The notes beneath the pieces were generated by a model. The model made no database searches, had not been told where the DNA came from, and saw nothing but the letters and a program-made list of their open reading frames with translations. This document shows, piece after piece, positions 44,539 to 53,189 of a stretch of DNA of 53,189 nucleotides (position 1 is its first letter; each line of letters starts with the position of its first letter). The DNA lies in the IMG/VR virus record IMGVR_UViG_3300025769_000160, positions 1-53,189 of that record; one strand, written 5' to 3'. The position numbers and the translations under genes were made by a program. This stretch comes from a virus. Its lineage: Duplodnaviria; Caudoviricetes.

Positions 44539-44887
44539 ATCAAAATTTGAAGCTGAAGTTGCAATGTCCTTAGACAGGCTTGGTGTATCCTTTGAGTTTG
44601 AGCCTGATAAGATACCCTTTCAACCGCCGCCAAGGGTCTACATACCTGACTTTTATATACCTAGAAATGATATGTATATTGAGGTTAAGGGCAGGTTAAC
44701 ACAAGGCGATAGAGTTAAACATCTGCTAGTACAAAAACAAAATCCTGACTTTAACGTTAAGTTCTTCTTTGCAAACGCTAACAAGAAGATATACAAGGGG
44801 TCCAAGACTACCCATGCAGATTGGGCAGAGCGCCACGGCTTTGATTGGGCGCATAAAAGATTGCCTGTGGAGTGGTTTGATGAGTGA
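44528..44887 (+). CDS. T7 gp3-like endonuclease I (resolvase)
   Basis: FRSKFE, Y.PDF, IEVKG, DR.KHL, KIYKGSKTT..DWA..HGF. Confidence 0.92.
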   Translation: MRFRSKFEAEVAMSLDRLGVSFEFEPDKIPFQPPPRVYIPDFYIPRNDMYIEVKGRLTQGDRVKHLLVQKQNPDFNVKFFFANANKKIYKGSKTTHADWAERHGFDWAHKRLPVEWFDE

Positions 44888-45254
44888 TGATGGGTTCACG
44901 TTCAATCCTGACGAAGATAGTGTCATGGATGAGGAGATGAAAAAGAAGATTTCAGAAGAGACTTTTTTTCTCTCTCCTGACAGGCTATACATAGTCTTAG
45001 ACCCCATATCTATTGACAAGGTTACTGTCCGCGCATATGATACATCAGACTCAGAAGAACTTAGCGCGGCCCATATTCTACAGCAGGGTATGCTTAGTCT
45101 TCTGGAAACGGATTATGATTACTTAATGCAGATAGGACATGAAGCTACATTAGAAAGTATATCAGAGCATCGTAGTAAAGAAGGTAGTACAAAGATTACT
45201 GTCGATGAAGTTTATGACAATGTGATACGGGTTGAATTTAGCAAGGACAACTAA
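44880..45254 (+). CDS. Acidic hypothetical protein
   Basis: Likely start MSDDGF at 44880, overlapping the upstream stop region; ends DNVIRVEF. Confidence 0.65.
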   Translation: MSDDGFTFNPDEDSVMDEEMKKKISEETFFLSPDRLYIVLDPISIDKVTVRAYDTSDSEELSAAHILQQGMLSLLETDYDYLMQIGHEATLESISEHRSKEGSTKITVDEVYDNVIRVEFSKDN

Positions 45255-45529
45255 TGCCGGATGAGAAAAAATACTTAAGCTCTATACAAGCTATAGATAA
45301 TGACAAAGAATTATCTTACTCAGTAAATAATCCTGATCATTATAATCAAGGAAAAATAGAGACTATAAATATTATACAAGACTCACTTTCTCCAGAAGCT
45401 TTTCGAGGTTATCTTAAAGGTAATATATTAAAGTATATGTGTAGATATGAGTACAAGGGTATGCCTAAGAAAGACCTTCTTAAGGCCGAGTGGTATCTAA
45501 AAAAACTTATTAAAGAGGTAAAGAATTAA
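45254..45529 (+). CDS. DUF3310 / T7 gp1.7-like nucleotide kinase
   Basis: VNNPDHY..G.IE.I..I...GYLKGN.LKY..RY..KG...DL.KA.WYL. Confidence 0.88.
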   Translation: MPDEKKYLSSIQAIDNDKELSYSVNNPDHYNQGKIETINIIQDSLSPEAFRGYLKGNILKYMCRYEYKGMPKKDLLKAEWYLKKLIKEVKN

Positions 45530-45531
45530 AA

Positions 45532-47448
45532 ATGAGCAACAACTACTTCCCTACAGACTATCAAGAGTTTATCCACTTGTCTAGGTATGCCCGTTGGTTG
45601 GGGGACAGGCGCGAGTCTTGGCCTGAGACAGTCTCAAGATACTTTGATTTTATGCAGGAACATCTAAAAAAAGACCACAACCATACCATTCCTAATAGAG
45701 AGGAACTTGAAGAGGCTGTACTTAGTCTTCAGGTAATGCCCTCTATGAGAGCTTTGATGACTTCCGGTCTTGCTCTTTCTAGAGATAATACCGCAGGATA
45801 TAACTGTTCATACATTCCTGTAGACTCTCCGCGATCTTTTGATGAGATACTGTACGTTCTTATGTGTGGTACAGGAGTAGGCTTTTCATCTGAAAGAAAG
45901 TATACAGATAATCTACCTGTTGTTAACGAGCATTTTGAACCTACGGAAACGACTGTTGTTGTGCAGGATAGTAAGGCAGGGTGGGCTAGGGGCTTGCGTG
46001 AGCTAATTGCCTGTCTCTACGCAGGTCAGGTGCCAAAGTGGGATTTGTCCCGTCTACGCCCTGCGGGAGCGCGTTTAAAGACCTTTGGTGGCAGGTCGTC
46101 CGGCCCTGCCCCTCTGGATGATCTTATGAACTTTACCGTAGTTCTGTTTAAATCTGCTGCGGGTAGGAAACTATCTCCGCTGGAATGCCATGATCTTGTA
46201 TGTAAGATTGCAAGTGTTATTGTTGTTGGTGGTGTGCGCCGCTCTGCACTAATCTCTCTATCTGATTTAAACTCTAACAGAATGCGTGTTGCTAAGTCTG
46301 GTGATTGGTTTAGGGAGTATCCCTACCGAGGGCTTGCCAATAATTCTGCAGTTTACGACGAGCGCCCAGACATGAACACGTTTCTAAAAGAATGGTATTC
46401 TTTGTATGAATCAAAGTCTGGTGAAAGAGGTATCTTTAATCGTGGCTCCGCTAAAAATAAAGTTAATAGTATTGGTCGTCGTGATCCTGATCATGTATTT
46501 GGAACTAACCCTTGCTCTGAGATCATTCTAAGGCCTTATCAGTTCTGTAACCTCACAGAGGTAGTTGTTCGTGCGGAAGATACTGTTGGCTCTCTTACAA
46601 AGAAGGTAGAGCTAGCAACTCAGCTAGGAACTTATCAGTCGTCACTTACTGACTTTAAATATCTAAGAAAGATATGGAAGCAGAACACGGAAGAGGAAAG
46701 GCTGTTGGGGGTTAGCCTTACTGGTATTCTAGACAATGTGCATCTGTCCAAGGTGGACTCTAATCTTCCTAAAGTCCTTGAGGGGCTAAAAGAAGTGTCC
46801 ATTAAGAGTAATACTAAGTTTGCTGCTAGCTTGGGAATAAACGCATCCACAGCTATTACCTGCGTAAAACCTTCAGGAACTGTATCTCAGTTAGTAGATA
46901 GTGCTTCCGGTATTCATCCTAGACACAGTGAGTACTACATCAGAACTGTGCGAGGAGATAACAAAGACCCTCTTACTCAGTTTATGATACAGAAGGGCAT
47001 ACCTGCAGAGCCAGCTATAGGCAATGAAGACAACATGACAGTCTTCTCCTTTCCTGTTAAGTCGCCAGAAGGTGCTTTAACTAGGGAGAGTATGACTGCT
47101 ATTGAGCATCTTGAGCTTTGGAAAGTATATGCAGAGTACTGGTGTGAACATAAGCCCTCCATAACTATCTCTGTAAAAGAGGATGAATGGCTCAAGGTAG
47201 GTTCATGGGTATACGAGAACTTCGATTATATCTCAGGAGTATCCTTCCTGCCTTACTCAGATCACACCTATCAACAAGCCCCATACACTGAATGCACTGA
47301 AGATGAGTATAAAGAGTTGTTGACAAACATGCCTAAATCTATAGTATGGGAAGAGCTAAAGAAGCTTGAAGTAGAAGACACTACCACAGGCTCTCAAGAA
47401 TTAAGCTGCACAGGAGATGTCTGTGAAGTTGTTGATATTGGTTTGTAG
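45532..47448 (+). CDS. nrdJ: Class II (B12-dependent) ribonucleotide reductase
   Basis: PSMRAL, YNC, GTGVGFS, VGGVRRSA, GTNPCSEI, CNLTE, TCVKPSGT, C-terminal CTGDVCE; no beta-subunit gene nearby. Confidence 0.92.
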   Translation: MSNNYFPTDYQEFIHLSRYARWLGDRRESWPETVSRYFDFMQEHLKKDHNHTIPNREELEEAVLSLQVMPSMRALMTSGLALSRDNTAGYNCSYIPVDSPRSFDEILYVLMCGTGVGFSSERKYTDNLPVVNEHFEPTETTVVVQDSKAGWARGLRELIACLYAGQVPKWDLSRLRPAGARLKTFGGRSSGPAPLDDLMNFTVVLFKSAAGRKLSPLECHDLVCKIASVIVVGGVRRSALISLSDLNSNRMRVAKSGDWFREYPYRGLANNSAVYDERPDMNTFLKEWYSLYESKSGERGIFNRGSAKNKVNSIGRRDPDHVFGTNPCSEIILRPYQFCNLTEVVVRAEDTVGSLTKKVELATQLGTYQSSLTDFKYLRKIWKQNTEEERLLGVSLTGILDNVHLSKVDSNLPKVLEGLKEVSIKSNTKFAASLGINASTAITCVKPSGTVSQLVDSASGIHPRHSEYYIRTVRGDNKDPLTQFMIQKGIPAEPAIGNEDNMTVFSFPVKSPEGALTRESMTAIEHLELWKVYAEYWCEHKPSITISVKEDEWLKVGSWVYENFDYISGVSFLPYSDHTYQQAPYTECTEDEYKELLTNMPKSIVWEELKKLEVEDTTTGSQELSCTGDVCEVVDIGL

Positions 47449-47454
47449 GTTACA

Positions 47455-47937
47455 ATGATAAAAGAAATCCAGATAACTGATGACATGCGGCAGTGGGCCG
47501 ATAGGAAAGCTTTCCTGCTTGGTGAGTTAAACAACTCTATAATCAGGGGTGCAGGGTCATTAGCTGGATACTTGGGGGAGAAGATAGTCGTAGACGTTCT
47601 GGGTGGTTCTCATCAAAACACCTTTGATTACGACCTTACCCTTGGGGATGGCACAACAGTAGATGTCAAAACCAAGCAGGTATCTTCTCCTCCAAGAGAC
47701 TACTACTCATGTTCAGTTGCTAAGTTCAATGCTAAACAGAACTGTGATTCTTATGCTTTTGTTAGGATTAAGAATGACTTTACTATGGGATGGTACTTAG
47801 GTAAAATAACTAAAGATGAGTTTTTTAAAGTAGCTACTGAACACAAGAAGGGAGAGGTAGACCCAGATAACGGCTTTGTATTTAGAGCAGACTGTTACAA
47901 TCTACCAATATCTATGTTAGAGGCTAGTAATGAGTAA
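47455..47937 (+). CDS. Restriction-endonuclease-fold protein
   Basis: G.LGE...DYDL...TVDVKT. Confidence 0.6.
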   Translation: MIKEIQITDDMRQWADRKAFLLGELNNSIIRGAGSLAGYLGEKIVVDVLGGSHQNTFDYDLTLGDGTTVDVKTKQVSSPPRDYYSCSVAKFNAKQNCDSYAFVRIKNDFTMGWYLGKITKDEFFKVATEHKKGEVDPDNGFVFRADCYNLPISMLEASNE

Positions 47938-48157
47938 GAAGGCTGATGCGCTCCTTTACAGGATGTCCGTATCAATTACTTCAAGTGGAGATATAGCTTT
48001 GGATTTTGAGGGTCCCCCCTCTGCCAAAGATATAGAAAACATTTTTGATAAGTGGAATCCTGAGTTTGAACACACAAAAAAAATAGTCTCGCTGGTAAAT
48101 TACCTACGAGACTATAGTGATCAGCAGTACAGGGATTTTAAAGGTATTATTTATTAG
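47930..48157 (+). CDS. Hypothetical protein
   Basis: 75 aa; last plus-strand gene, converges on the spanins. Confidence 0.6.
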   Translation: MSKKADALLYRMSVSITSSGDIALDFEGPPSAKDIENIFDKWNPEFEHTKKIVSLVNYLRDYSDQQYRDFKGIIY

Positions 48158-48548
48158 GTATCTTTTTATCCTCTTTTGGTTTCACTGCTTCTTCATAGTA
48201 TACTATCAGTTCTTTCTGCTGCTTAATAAACCTTTTTAGCTCAGACATATTCAGTGCAAGGGTTTCGTAGTCTCTTACGCTTATAGCGTAGAATAGGAAG
48301 TCACCCTTCTCTTGGGTAAACCTTGCCTTGAACTCTTCAAAGTTACTTTCATTAACTACATAAAAGTATATACCGTTCATGTCCACAGGTCTGGGACGAT
48401 TTTGAATAGGTACGTTTCTACTAGCCTCTACAGTCTTAATCTGTAGGGGCATTATTTTTCTAAAGGTGTCGCAACCACTACTTAGCAGGAGAAGCGGGAG
48501 CAGCACCAGAGATAATTTCCAGTGATTTAAGAAGTTTCTTAGTTCCAT
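48147..48548 (-). CDS. Outer-membrane spanin (Rz1-like lipoprotein)
   Basis: Lipobox LLLLSSGC, Pro-rich segment, YETLALNM..LKRFI.QQ; overlaps the 3' end of the i-spanin. Confidence 0.75.
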   Translation of the reverse strand: MELRNFLNHWKLSLVLLPLLLLSSGCDTFRKIMPLQIKTVEASRNVPIQNRPRPVDMNGIYFYVVNESNFEEFKARFTQEKGDFLFYAISVRDYETLALNMSELKRFIKQQKELIVYYEEAVKPKEDKKIPNK

Positions 48549-48876
48549 TATTTATTTTCTCTTCTGCTAACTTAGGGTCTTTAATACTAAGAGCTACTAA
48601 ATTACTTTTTCTTAGCCTGTTTATTAAAGTGTCTCTGTACGTATTGGCTATATCAAGTCTGGTTTGAAGTTCAGTGTTTAACTTCTGAAACTTGTTTCTG
48701 TCTTCTTCCATAGTTTTTATAGTGTTATCTTGGATTGCTTTAGCAGTGGCTAGCTTCACATTATTCTCAGTCAAAGTCTGTATGCGCTCTTGCGTATCCT
48801 TGTAATAATAATACGCACCATAGCCAGCACCGCCAAGCAATCCAAGCACTATCAATAGAAGATAGAGTTTAATCAT
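48478..48876 (-). CDS. Inner-membrane spanin (Rz-like)
   Basis: N-terminal TM helix plus long coiled-coil. Confidence 0.75.
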   Translation of the reverse strand: MIKLYLLLIVLGLLGGAGYGAYYYYKDTQERIQTLTENNVKLATAKAIQDNTIKTMEEDRNKFQKLNTELQTRLDIANTYRDTLINRLRKSNLVALSIKDPKLAEEKINNGTKKLLKSLEIISGAAPASPAK

Positions 48877-49046
48877 TTAACAAGTTTATTCTTAGCCTTG
48901 AGAACGTTCATTCCCAGTGTGTTGATAGCTGTTAGAATGCCCTGAAGTTTTTTATTGTCAGCTTCGTTGGGCGTAACAGCAGCCACTACTGAGAAGCCAC
49001 CTAACACGGCAAGGGCTACAACGATTACGGTAATAATTAGTGTCAT
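48873..49046 (-). CDS. Putative holin (57 aa)
   Basis: Below the track cut-off; AGGAG RBS; MTLIITVIVVALAVLGGFSVVAAVTPNEADNKK...; ATGA overlap with the i-spanin. Confidence 0.65.
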   Translation of the reverse strand: MTLIITVIVVALAVLGGFSVVAAVTPNEADNKKLQGILTAINTLGMNVLKAKNKLVK

Positions 49047-49048
49047 TT

Positions 49049-52000
49049 TTATCTCCTAAATTGATCTAGTTCTAGTTCACGGATTTGTGATTCGGTCTTT
49101 TCTTTTCTTTTAATATTTTCGTGATATCCAAGACCATTTATAAGTACAGTAAATAGATTAGGGTCGTACTTTCGTATGGCATCTCCATTAGTTTCTATTA
49201 TTTCAATAACGGCATCTACCATCTTAGGGTCTTTCATAATCTTAGACAGGGCCTCTGCTTTCTTCTTTCTAAACCCAAGAAGTGCTACCTCAGTTGCTAC
49301 GTACTTAGGGCTAATAACTCCTCGCGCAACACTGTAAGTACGAGACAGAAGAGACTCAACGCCTAAACCTTTAGGAGTTGTGACTTTAACTCCTGCACTA
49401 GAAACAGTGTCTCTATTTTGAATCATCAAAAACTGAGCCATTCTAGTTAGCCCGGTAAACTTCTCCTCGCCTATGATACCTCTAACCGTATTAGAAACAT
49501 CTCTGTCAAGTACAAGCGAGTATAGTCTCTCATAGTCAAAGTCTCTCATATATTGACCAACCCTAGCCTCTCTCATCACTCCGTATGAAGCGCGGGAGAT
49601 AGCCTCTAATGTAAGATCAGACATAAGCTCTTTTACGGCGTCATCTCCTACACCTATCTCTTTTGCTACTTGAGGAAGAAGAGTATCAATTCTAGACTGT
49701 CCCTGTGGATTAAGAATGAAGAAGTTCAAGAAGCTATCATAGTCGCTTATCTGTGTGGCCCCTTGCTGCTCCGGTCCAAATCTAGCCATGCTCTTCAAGA
49801 AGTTCTCTCTTAGATTAGCCTGTGCTTGAACATTCTTAGCCGCCCGTTTAACTGCACGGTCAACCTGCGCTTCCGTTCTGCTTAGAAGTTTAGTTCCTCC
49901 AAAGAAGTTATCAACTGCTAGATTGTACTGTGTAACTCTATCAAGATCAATAAGCCCAGCCTTCTCAAGCTCTTTTAGTGCAGGGCTTTCTAAAATTTTA
50001 CCACCAGCTTGATTAGCCCTTGAAAGAAGCTCTCCCTCTACAAGCTTATCAGCAGAGGATACTTTTCCATCGCGAGGTATGAGAGGCTTTATGCCCTTTG
50101 CTTCAACTATACCTGATATATGTCGGGCAAGCAGATCGTTTAACAGGTTTCGAGTAATCTGTTTTGCTTTTCCAGTTAAAACATACTCGCCTGTATCACT
50201 GTAAAACCCACCAAATGTTTTTTCTAGCTGTTTTACTAAATCTACACCATCCTGTTGTTCTCCAGAAATAAGCTTATTAAAGTTAATCCATTTTATAGGG
50301 TCTACTTTATGAGTGCCGTTTGGATTAAAGTGGTCTACATTATAGCCTATAGGGTTTCCTGCTTTGTCTCTATAGCGCATGACTACATTATTAATGTAGT
50401 TTGTTTTTGCCCTGCGTATAGCTTGACCTGCCTCTCCTTCTTCAGGGATAGTGTCTATAATGCTTCTAGACAAACTGCCCATTTTTTCAGAAAGCTCTCT
50501 CTTGCTATCGTACATCTTCCTAGCTTGCTCTGAGAACTTAGATGAATACTCTTGTATATCGCTTACTGTAGCGTTAATTCTAAGGTCTATATCAAGCTCT
50601 TCACCAATTTCTCTAGCAATTCTGAACACATCAAAGTCTGTAAAGTCTTGAGCAGCCCCTGCGTATTCAGACCTAAAGAAGCCCTTTATCTCATTATAGT
50701 TAAAGTTATCTGCAGTGATACCCTCAAGAACATCATCTGCTACGCCTTTCTGTTTCATAGCCGCTTTAAACTCTTCTAATATAACTTCTTTAAGTTCTAT
50801 GTTAGAGTCTAAAGCTTCTTCTACAGCAGCTTTGCCTTCAATGTTTGATAGCGCCTCTAGAGTAGAAGAATTACCAAGTTTTTTACCCTTTAGTATTTGC
50901 TTTACTTTTTCTAATCTTGTCTGACCAATGACATTATCTGCAGTTCCATACAGATCGTCTAACCAATCTGTAATGTCAATCTCATCTCCGTACTGAGAAA
51001 GCTCTTCAAATTGCTTACGGGCCTTGCCTGTAATCGCTGCTTTTCTATTCCTTGCATATGTTGCTAAGGACTCTGCAGCATTCTCCGCATCTATTTGATA
51101 CTTTTGAGGATCAAGAAAAGAGTCAAGAAAACGAACTAAGTCAGTCTCAGTTTCTCCTACAGCCTCTTCTACCTGTTCCAATCTGCGTGTAGCTTGACCT
51201 TCAAGCTCAGGAACGGCTTCTTCTGTAAGCCGCCTAACAGCGGGATCACCCATATCTCCTGCATCATCTAAAAGACTGTTACGGGTAATCTGTTCTACAA
51301 GTTCAGATAGACTTTCTTTATCTTTTACATTCTGTGTAAACGCAGGGTCAGCAACTAAGTCTACAATCTCTTGAACGAGATCATCTAACTGTGCTTTATC
51401 ATTGCCTATCTCTTCAACCTGCTTAGTGCTAGCAGCTTGCATCGCGGATATAAAGCTATCGAACTTAGAGTTCTGTACACCAGCATCTCCAGCAGCCCCT
51501 GCCAGCCTGTCTAACAGCCCACGAAACTCTACAAACTGTTGCTCTATATTTCTTTCATTCTCAATTAACTGAGTAATTTCTTTAGTATTTTTTAAGGTTT
51601 TGGCTAGACTAATGTTCGCTTCTGGAATGGCCTCCCGCATCATCATAAGGGGAATAAGGCCAGTGGCCTTGCCCATAGTAGTTTGAAGAAGCTCAGGGTC
51701 CACCCCAGCTTCCGTAAGGTCTACTCTAATATCATTCAGTAGCTTTAATTGTCCGTAGACGTTAGTTCTATCTTCTTCAGGTAATGACCTGATAAACCTA
51801 GCAAAGCCATTGAGAGACTCTTGTTCTTTTTTTGTAAGGTTGCTTTGCTTAGGTATTATCCCCGTCTTAGCAAGCTGCTTAACCTGTTCATCACTTAATG
51901 CACCCAAGAAGCTTCCAAAACCTACAATTGCAGACCCAAAACCTTGTCCTGATTTAACCAACGCTTTATAGGTTTTATCAAACCCTACAGAGCTAAATAT

Positions 52001-53189
52001 GCCTCCCCCCAGAGCGCCAAACAAAGCACCGAACTCTTCTCCATAAAGATTTCCCGCTATAGTTGCTCCAGTAACAGCACCTACTTCAGTCATAGGTATT
52101 TCTAAAAACTGTTTGGGAATATCACTAACACGTTTTCTTCTAGCAAAGGAAAGAGCGGCCTCTTCACTGTCTATGAGAGTCTTATCCTTAGATTTTCTAG
52201 CAGAAGCTACCTTCTTTCTAGCCTCTCCTATTGCCCTGTTATTCTCTGCAACAGTCTTAAGTAAAGGCTTCTGTTTTGAGGTAAGAACGGCTCCTACTCT
52301 TTTTGCGTATGCCGCTTTGCGTACACCGCCTAACTTAAAAAAGTTAGTTATAGCAAAGGTTGCTTTATCTGCAATCTGCAGAGTAGCCTTGGCTATTTCT
52401 TCATCGGTAGCCTTTAAGATATCTTTACCCATGATATCTTCCGCCTCTTTAACTAACTTTTTGCTGCCCCTTGTAAGAAACTTTATACCAGCAGCCGTGC
52501 CGCCTATAACTTCAGGAATAGCGCGAACTACCTGCTCCGTTGTAGAGGCCTCTGCTCGCCAGTAGCCTGTAAGTTCATCAGCCTCTCTTGCAGTTACAGT
52601 GCCAGCCTGACCTGCTAATCTATCTATAACCCCCTTAACAAACTCTCCTTCATTCTTTAACTCTGGAGACTCATCAAATATTTTTTTAGCAGTTGATAGT
52701 ACTGCCCCTGCCAGAGATCGGTCTTCTTTTTCACGAAGGTTGTCAAAGTACTTTTCATACCTTTCTGAGTCGTACACTTTTTGAGGTTTTGTAAAAAGCG
52801 TTTCAGTTTGTCCCCTGCCTTCAGTTCCAGTATCAAGTCCAAGAGGAACTGCAATAGTATTAGCCACGCCAACAATATTATCTACAAAGAATTTACCAAG
52901 TGTAAAAACATCACGCGCAAGACCAAGAGTATCCTCTTCACCCGGAAGCCTATCAATGGCGCGTTCAATAGTTTCAGCCCGTGTAGTAAGCTGATCAACA
53001 TTTGTTATAGAGGGTACGCCACCTACCTCTTCCTGTTCTTTCGCATATGCTCTCATCAATGACGATGAAATATCTACAGTATCCTGTACGTCTTCGCTAA
53101 TCGTAGTATCTTCAATACGCTGTAAAACAGCAGGGTCGGGTTGGAAGGGCGCAGGAGCTACCGGCTCTTGTTTCTCCTGTTCATCTTCT
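49049..53189 (-). CDS. Large internal virion protein, 5'-truncated
   Basis: More than 1336 aa, helical, with a central Gly-rich hydrophobic segment. The frame stays open from 53059 to the window end, so the true start lies outside the window. Confidence 0.75.
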   Translation of the reverse strand, partial: EDEQEKQEPVAPAPFQPDPAVLQRIEDTTISEDVQDTVDISSSLMRAYAKEQEEVGGVPSITNVDQLTTRAETIERAIDRLPGEEDTLGLARDVFTLGKFFVDNIVGVANTIAVPLGLDTGTEGRGQTETLFTKPQKVYDSERYEKYFDNLREKEDRSLAGAVLSTAKKIFDESPELKNEGEFVKGVIDRLAGQAGTVTAREADELTGYWRAEASTTEQVVRAIPEVIGGTAAGIKFLTRGSKKLVKEAEDIMGKDILKATDEEIAKATLQIADKATFAITNFFKLGGVRKAAYAKRVGAVLTSKQKPLLKTVAENNRAIGEARKKVASARKSKDKTLIDSEEAALSFARRKRVSDIPKQFLEIPMTEVGAVTGATIAGNLYGEEFGALFGALGGGIFSSVGFDKTYKALVKSGQGFGSAIVGFGSFLGALSDEQVKQLAKTGIIPKQSNLTKKEQESLNGFARFIRSLPEEDRTNVYGQLKLLNDIRVDLTEAGVDPELLQTTMGKATGLIPLMMMREAIPEANISLAKTLKNTKEITQLIENERNIEQQFVEFRGLLDRLAGAAGDAGVQNSKFDSFISAMQAASTKQVEEIGNDKAQLDDLVQEIVDLVADPAFTQNVKDKESLSELVEQITRNSLLDDAGDMGDPAVRRLTEEAVPELEGQATRRLEQVEEAVGETETDLVRFLDSFLDPQKYQIDAENAAESLATYARNRKAAITGKARKQFEELSQYGDEIDITDWLDDLYGTADNVIGQTRLEKVKQILKGKKLGNSSTLEALSNIEGKAAVEEALDSNIELKEVILEEFKAAMKQKGVADDVLEGITADNFNYNEIKGFFRSEYAGAAQDFTDFDVFRIAREIGEELDIDLRINATVSDIQEYSSKFSEQARKMYDSKRELSEKMGSLSRSIIDTIPEEGEAGQAIRRAKTNYINNVVMRYRDKAGNPIGYNVDHFNPNGTHKVDPIKWINFNKLISGEQQDGVDLVKQLEKTFGGFYSDTGEYVLTGKAKQITRNLLNDLLARHISGIVEAKGIKPLIPRDGKVSSADKLVEGELLSRANQAGGKILESPALKELEKAGLIDLDRVTQYNLAVDNFFGGTKLLSRTEAQVDRAVKRAAKNVQAQANLRENFLKSMARFGPEQQGATQISDYDSFLNFFILNPQGQSRIDTLLPQVAKEIGVGDDAVKELMSDLTLEAISRASYGVMREARVGQYMRDFDYERLYSLVLDRDVSNTVRGIIGEEKFTGLTRMAQFLMIQNRDTVSSAGVKVTTPKGLGVESLLSRTYSVARGVISPKYVATEVALLGFRKKKAEALSKIMKDPKMVDAVIEIIETNGDAIRKYDPNLFTVLINGLGYHENIKRKEKTESQIRELELDQFRR

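Overview
The window is most of the genome of a tailed dsDNA phage with a podovirus-type gene set. It is probably marine and probably infects an alphaproteobacterium (it encodes a GcrA-like regulator, and a PolA with the DnaJ-type zinc finger of HMO-2011/HTVC023P-like phages). Both window edges cut through long minus-strand ORFs that look like internal-virion genes. Layout: (1) 1-31.4 kb, minus strand: packaging and virion module (small basic proteins, TerS, TerL, portal, a 1199-aa protein with two tandem Hint domains, desaturase, AspH-like hydroxylase, SleB-type hydrolase, scaffold, major capsid, adaptor, nozzle, tail fibres, two more 2OG-Fe(II) oxygenases, internal virion proteins). (2) 31.4-32.1 kb: non-coding control region. 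(3) 32.1-38.2 kb, minus strand: small early/accessory genes. (4) 38.3-48.2 kb, plus strand: replication (primase, helicase, split PolA, SSB, exonuclease, endonuclease I, class II RNR). (5) 48.1-53.2 kb, minus strand: holin, spanins and a large virion protein. I saw no RNA polymerase, integrase, tRNA, rRNA or CRISPR array. The most notable signals are the tandem-Hint protein with its coupled desaturase/hydroxylase pair, a covarying double-hairpin RNA element in front of the scaffold gene, back-to-back perfect sigma70 promoters with an apparently non-coding transcript, and the split polymerase. All calls come from reading motifs by eye; no database search was run.
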